From: Vicugna vicugna
Taxonomy: Eukaryota
Length of the DNA: 64,000 nt
Assembly: GCA_013265495.1 (NCBI GenBank)
Contig: MU058836.1
Location: 1-64,000, forward strand
Direction: 5' to 3'
Shown in pieces: positions 63,321-64,000 of the stretch; the first letter of the stretch is position 1, and the number at the start of each line of letters is the position of its first letter. Position numbers and translations under genes: made by a program. The notes under the pieces were generated by a model. The model did no database searches and was not told the origin of the DNA. It saw only the letters and a program-made list of their open reading frames with translations.

Positions 63321-64000
63321 CCACTAAAGTGTTGAAGTTGCTATTGGCACCATAAGTTACACATCCTGATGAATGCAGTAAAAGTCTTATTGCTTTCTCC
63401 ACTTTGCAAATGGGGAAACAGAAGTGTAGTGAGGTAAAATAGCTGGTTCAAAGCACACAGTCACAGATTGATAGTATAGAAGAGATAAGAAAGGGAAATA
63501 ACACTGATACTTATCATATGGACAAACTGCAGTATATTCATTTTAAAGAGTATCACATTAATTCTCAAAACAAACAAGTAACTGTGAGAAGAATGTGGCA
63601 CATCCACTTTACAGCACATTGAGACATTGAGGACTGAGACTGTATTTTTTTCATACTTTTTATCTTCAGGATTGAGTGCAATTTTTTTAATGCACTCAAG
63701 ATCCTGAATTAATGTTTGATGGATTAAATTAAGTTGGACAGAAGGTCAAGAGGGGCTTGGAGGAAGCCCAGGGTTGCACAGCTGCTGAGTGGTCAATCTC
63801 ATAGTTAAACTCAGATATGACTCACTCCAAACACTGTGCCTTTTCTTTAGATCACTGTTAGTAAGAGGATAGACATCTTGTCCCAAGGGTATTGGCAGAG
63901 TCCTAGCAGTATGCCCTGTGGGTGAGACAGACCATTTAAAAAGTCAGGATGGCATGGACAAATGACCCTCGGATAAATGAAGCGGAGATCTGGCTACTTC

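Noticed and set aside
1..64000. CRISPR arrays, operons, prokaryotic defence systems, rRNA
   Set aside because: The sequence is mammalian; no regularly spaced direct repeats or rRNA-like sequence were seen.

Overview
Mammalian genomic DNA, repeat-rich and mostly intronic or intergenic. It is probably camelid, an inference from two tRNA-derived Vic-1-like SINEs and the L1 3' tails. No intact protein-coding gene could be identified. Most ORFs in the track are L1/L2 fragments or chance ORFs. Interspersed repeats dominate: several L1s (some with clear target-site duplications, TSDs), L2, MIR, L3/CR1, MaLR/ERVL LTRs, MER5 and MER53. The most interesting signal is a series of about 9 splice-site-bounded, repeat-free segments on the minus strand between about 0.2 and 17.2 kb. 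They translate into stop- and frameshift-interrupted peptides sharing an internal motif (LPG[DK]PY..PR...GC...I[IL]F), which suggests a decayed multi-exon gene that I cannot name. Other candidates are a decayed + strand gene (CpG-rich first exon at about 47.6 kb plus a large exon at 50.1-50.8 kb), possible + strand terminal exons at 24.8-25.4 kb, and several enhancer-like unique regions. Repeat family names come from recalled consensus sequences, and repeat boundaries are approximate unless a TSD is given.
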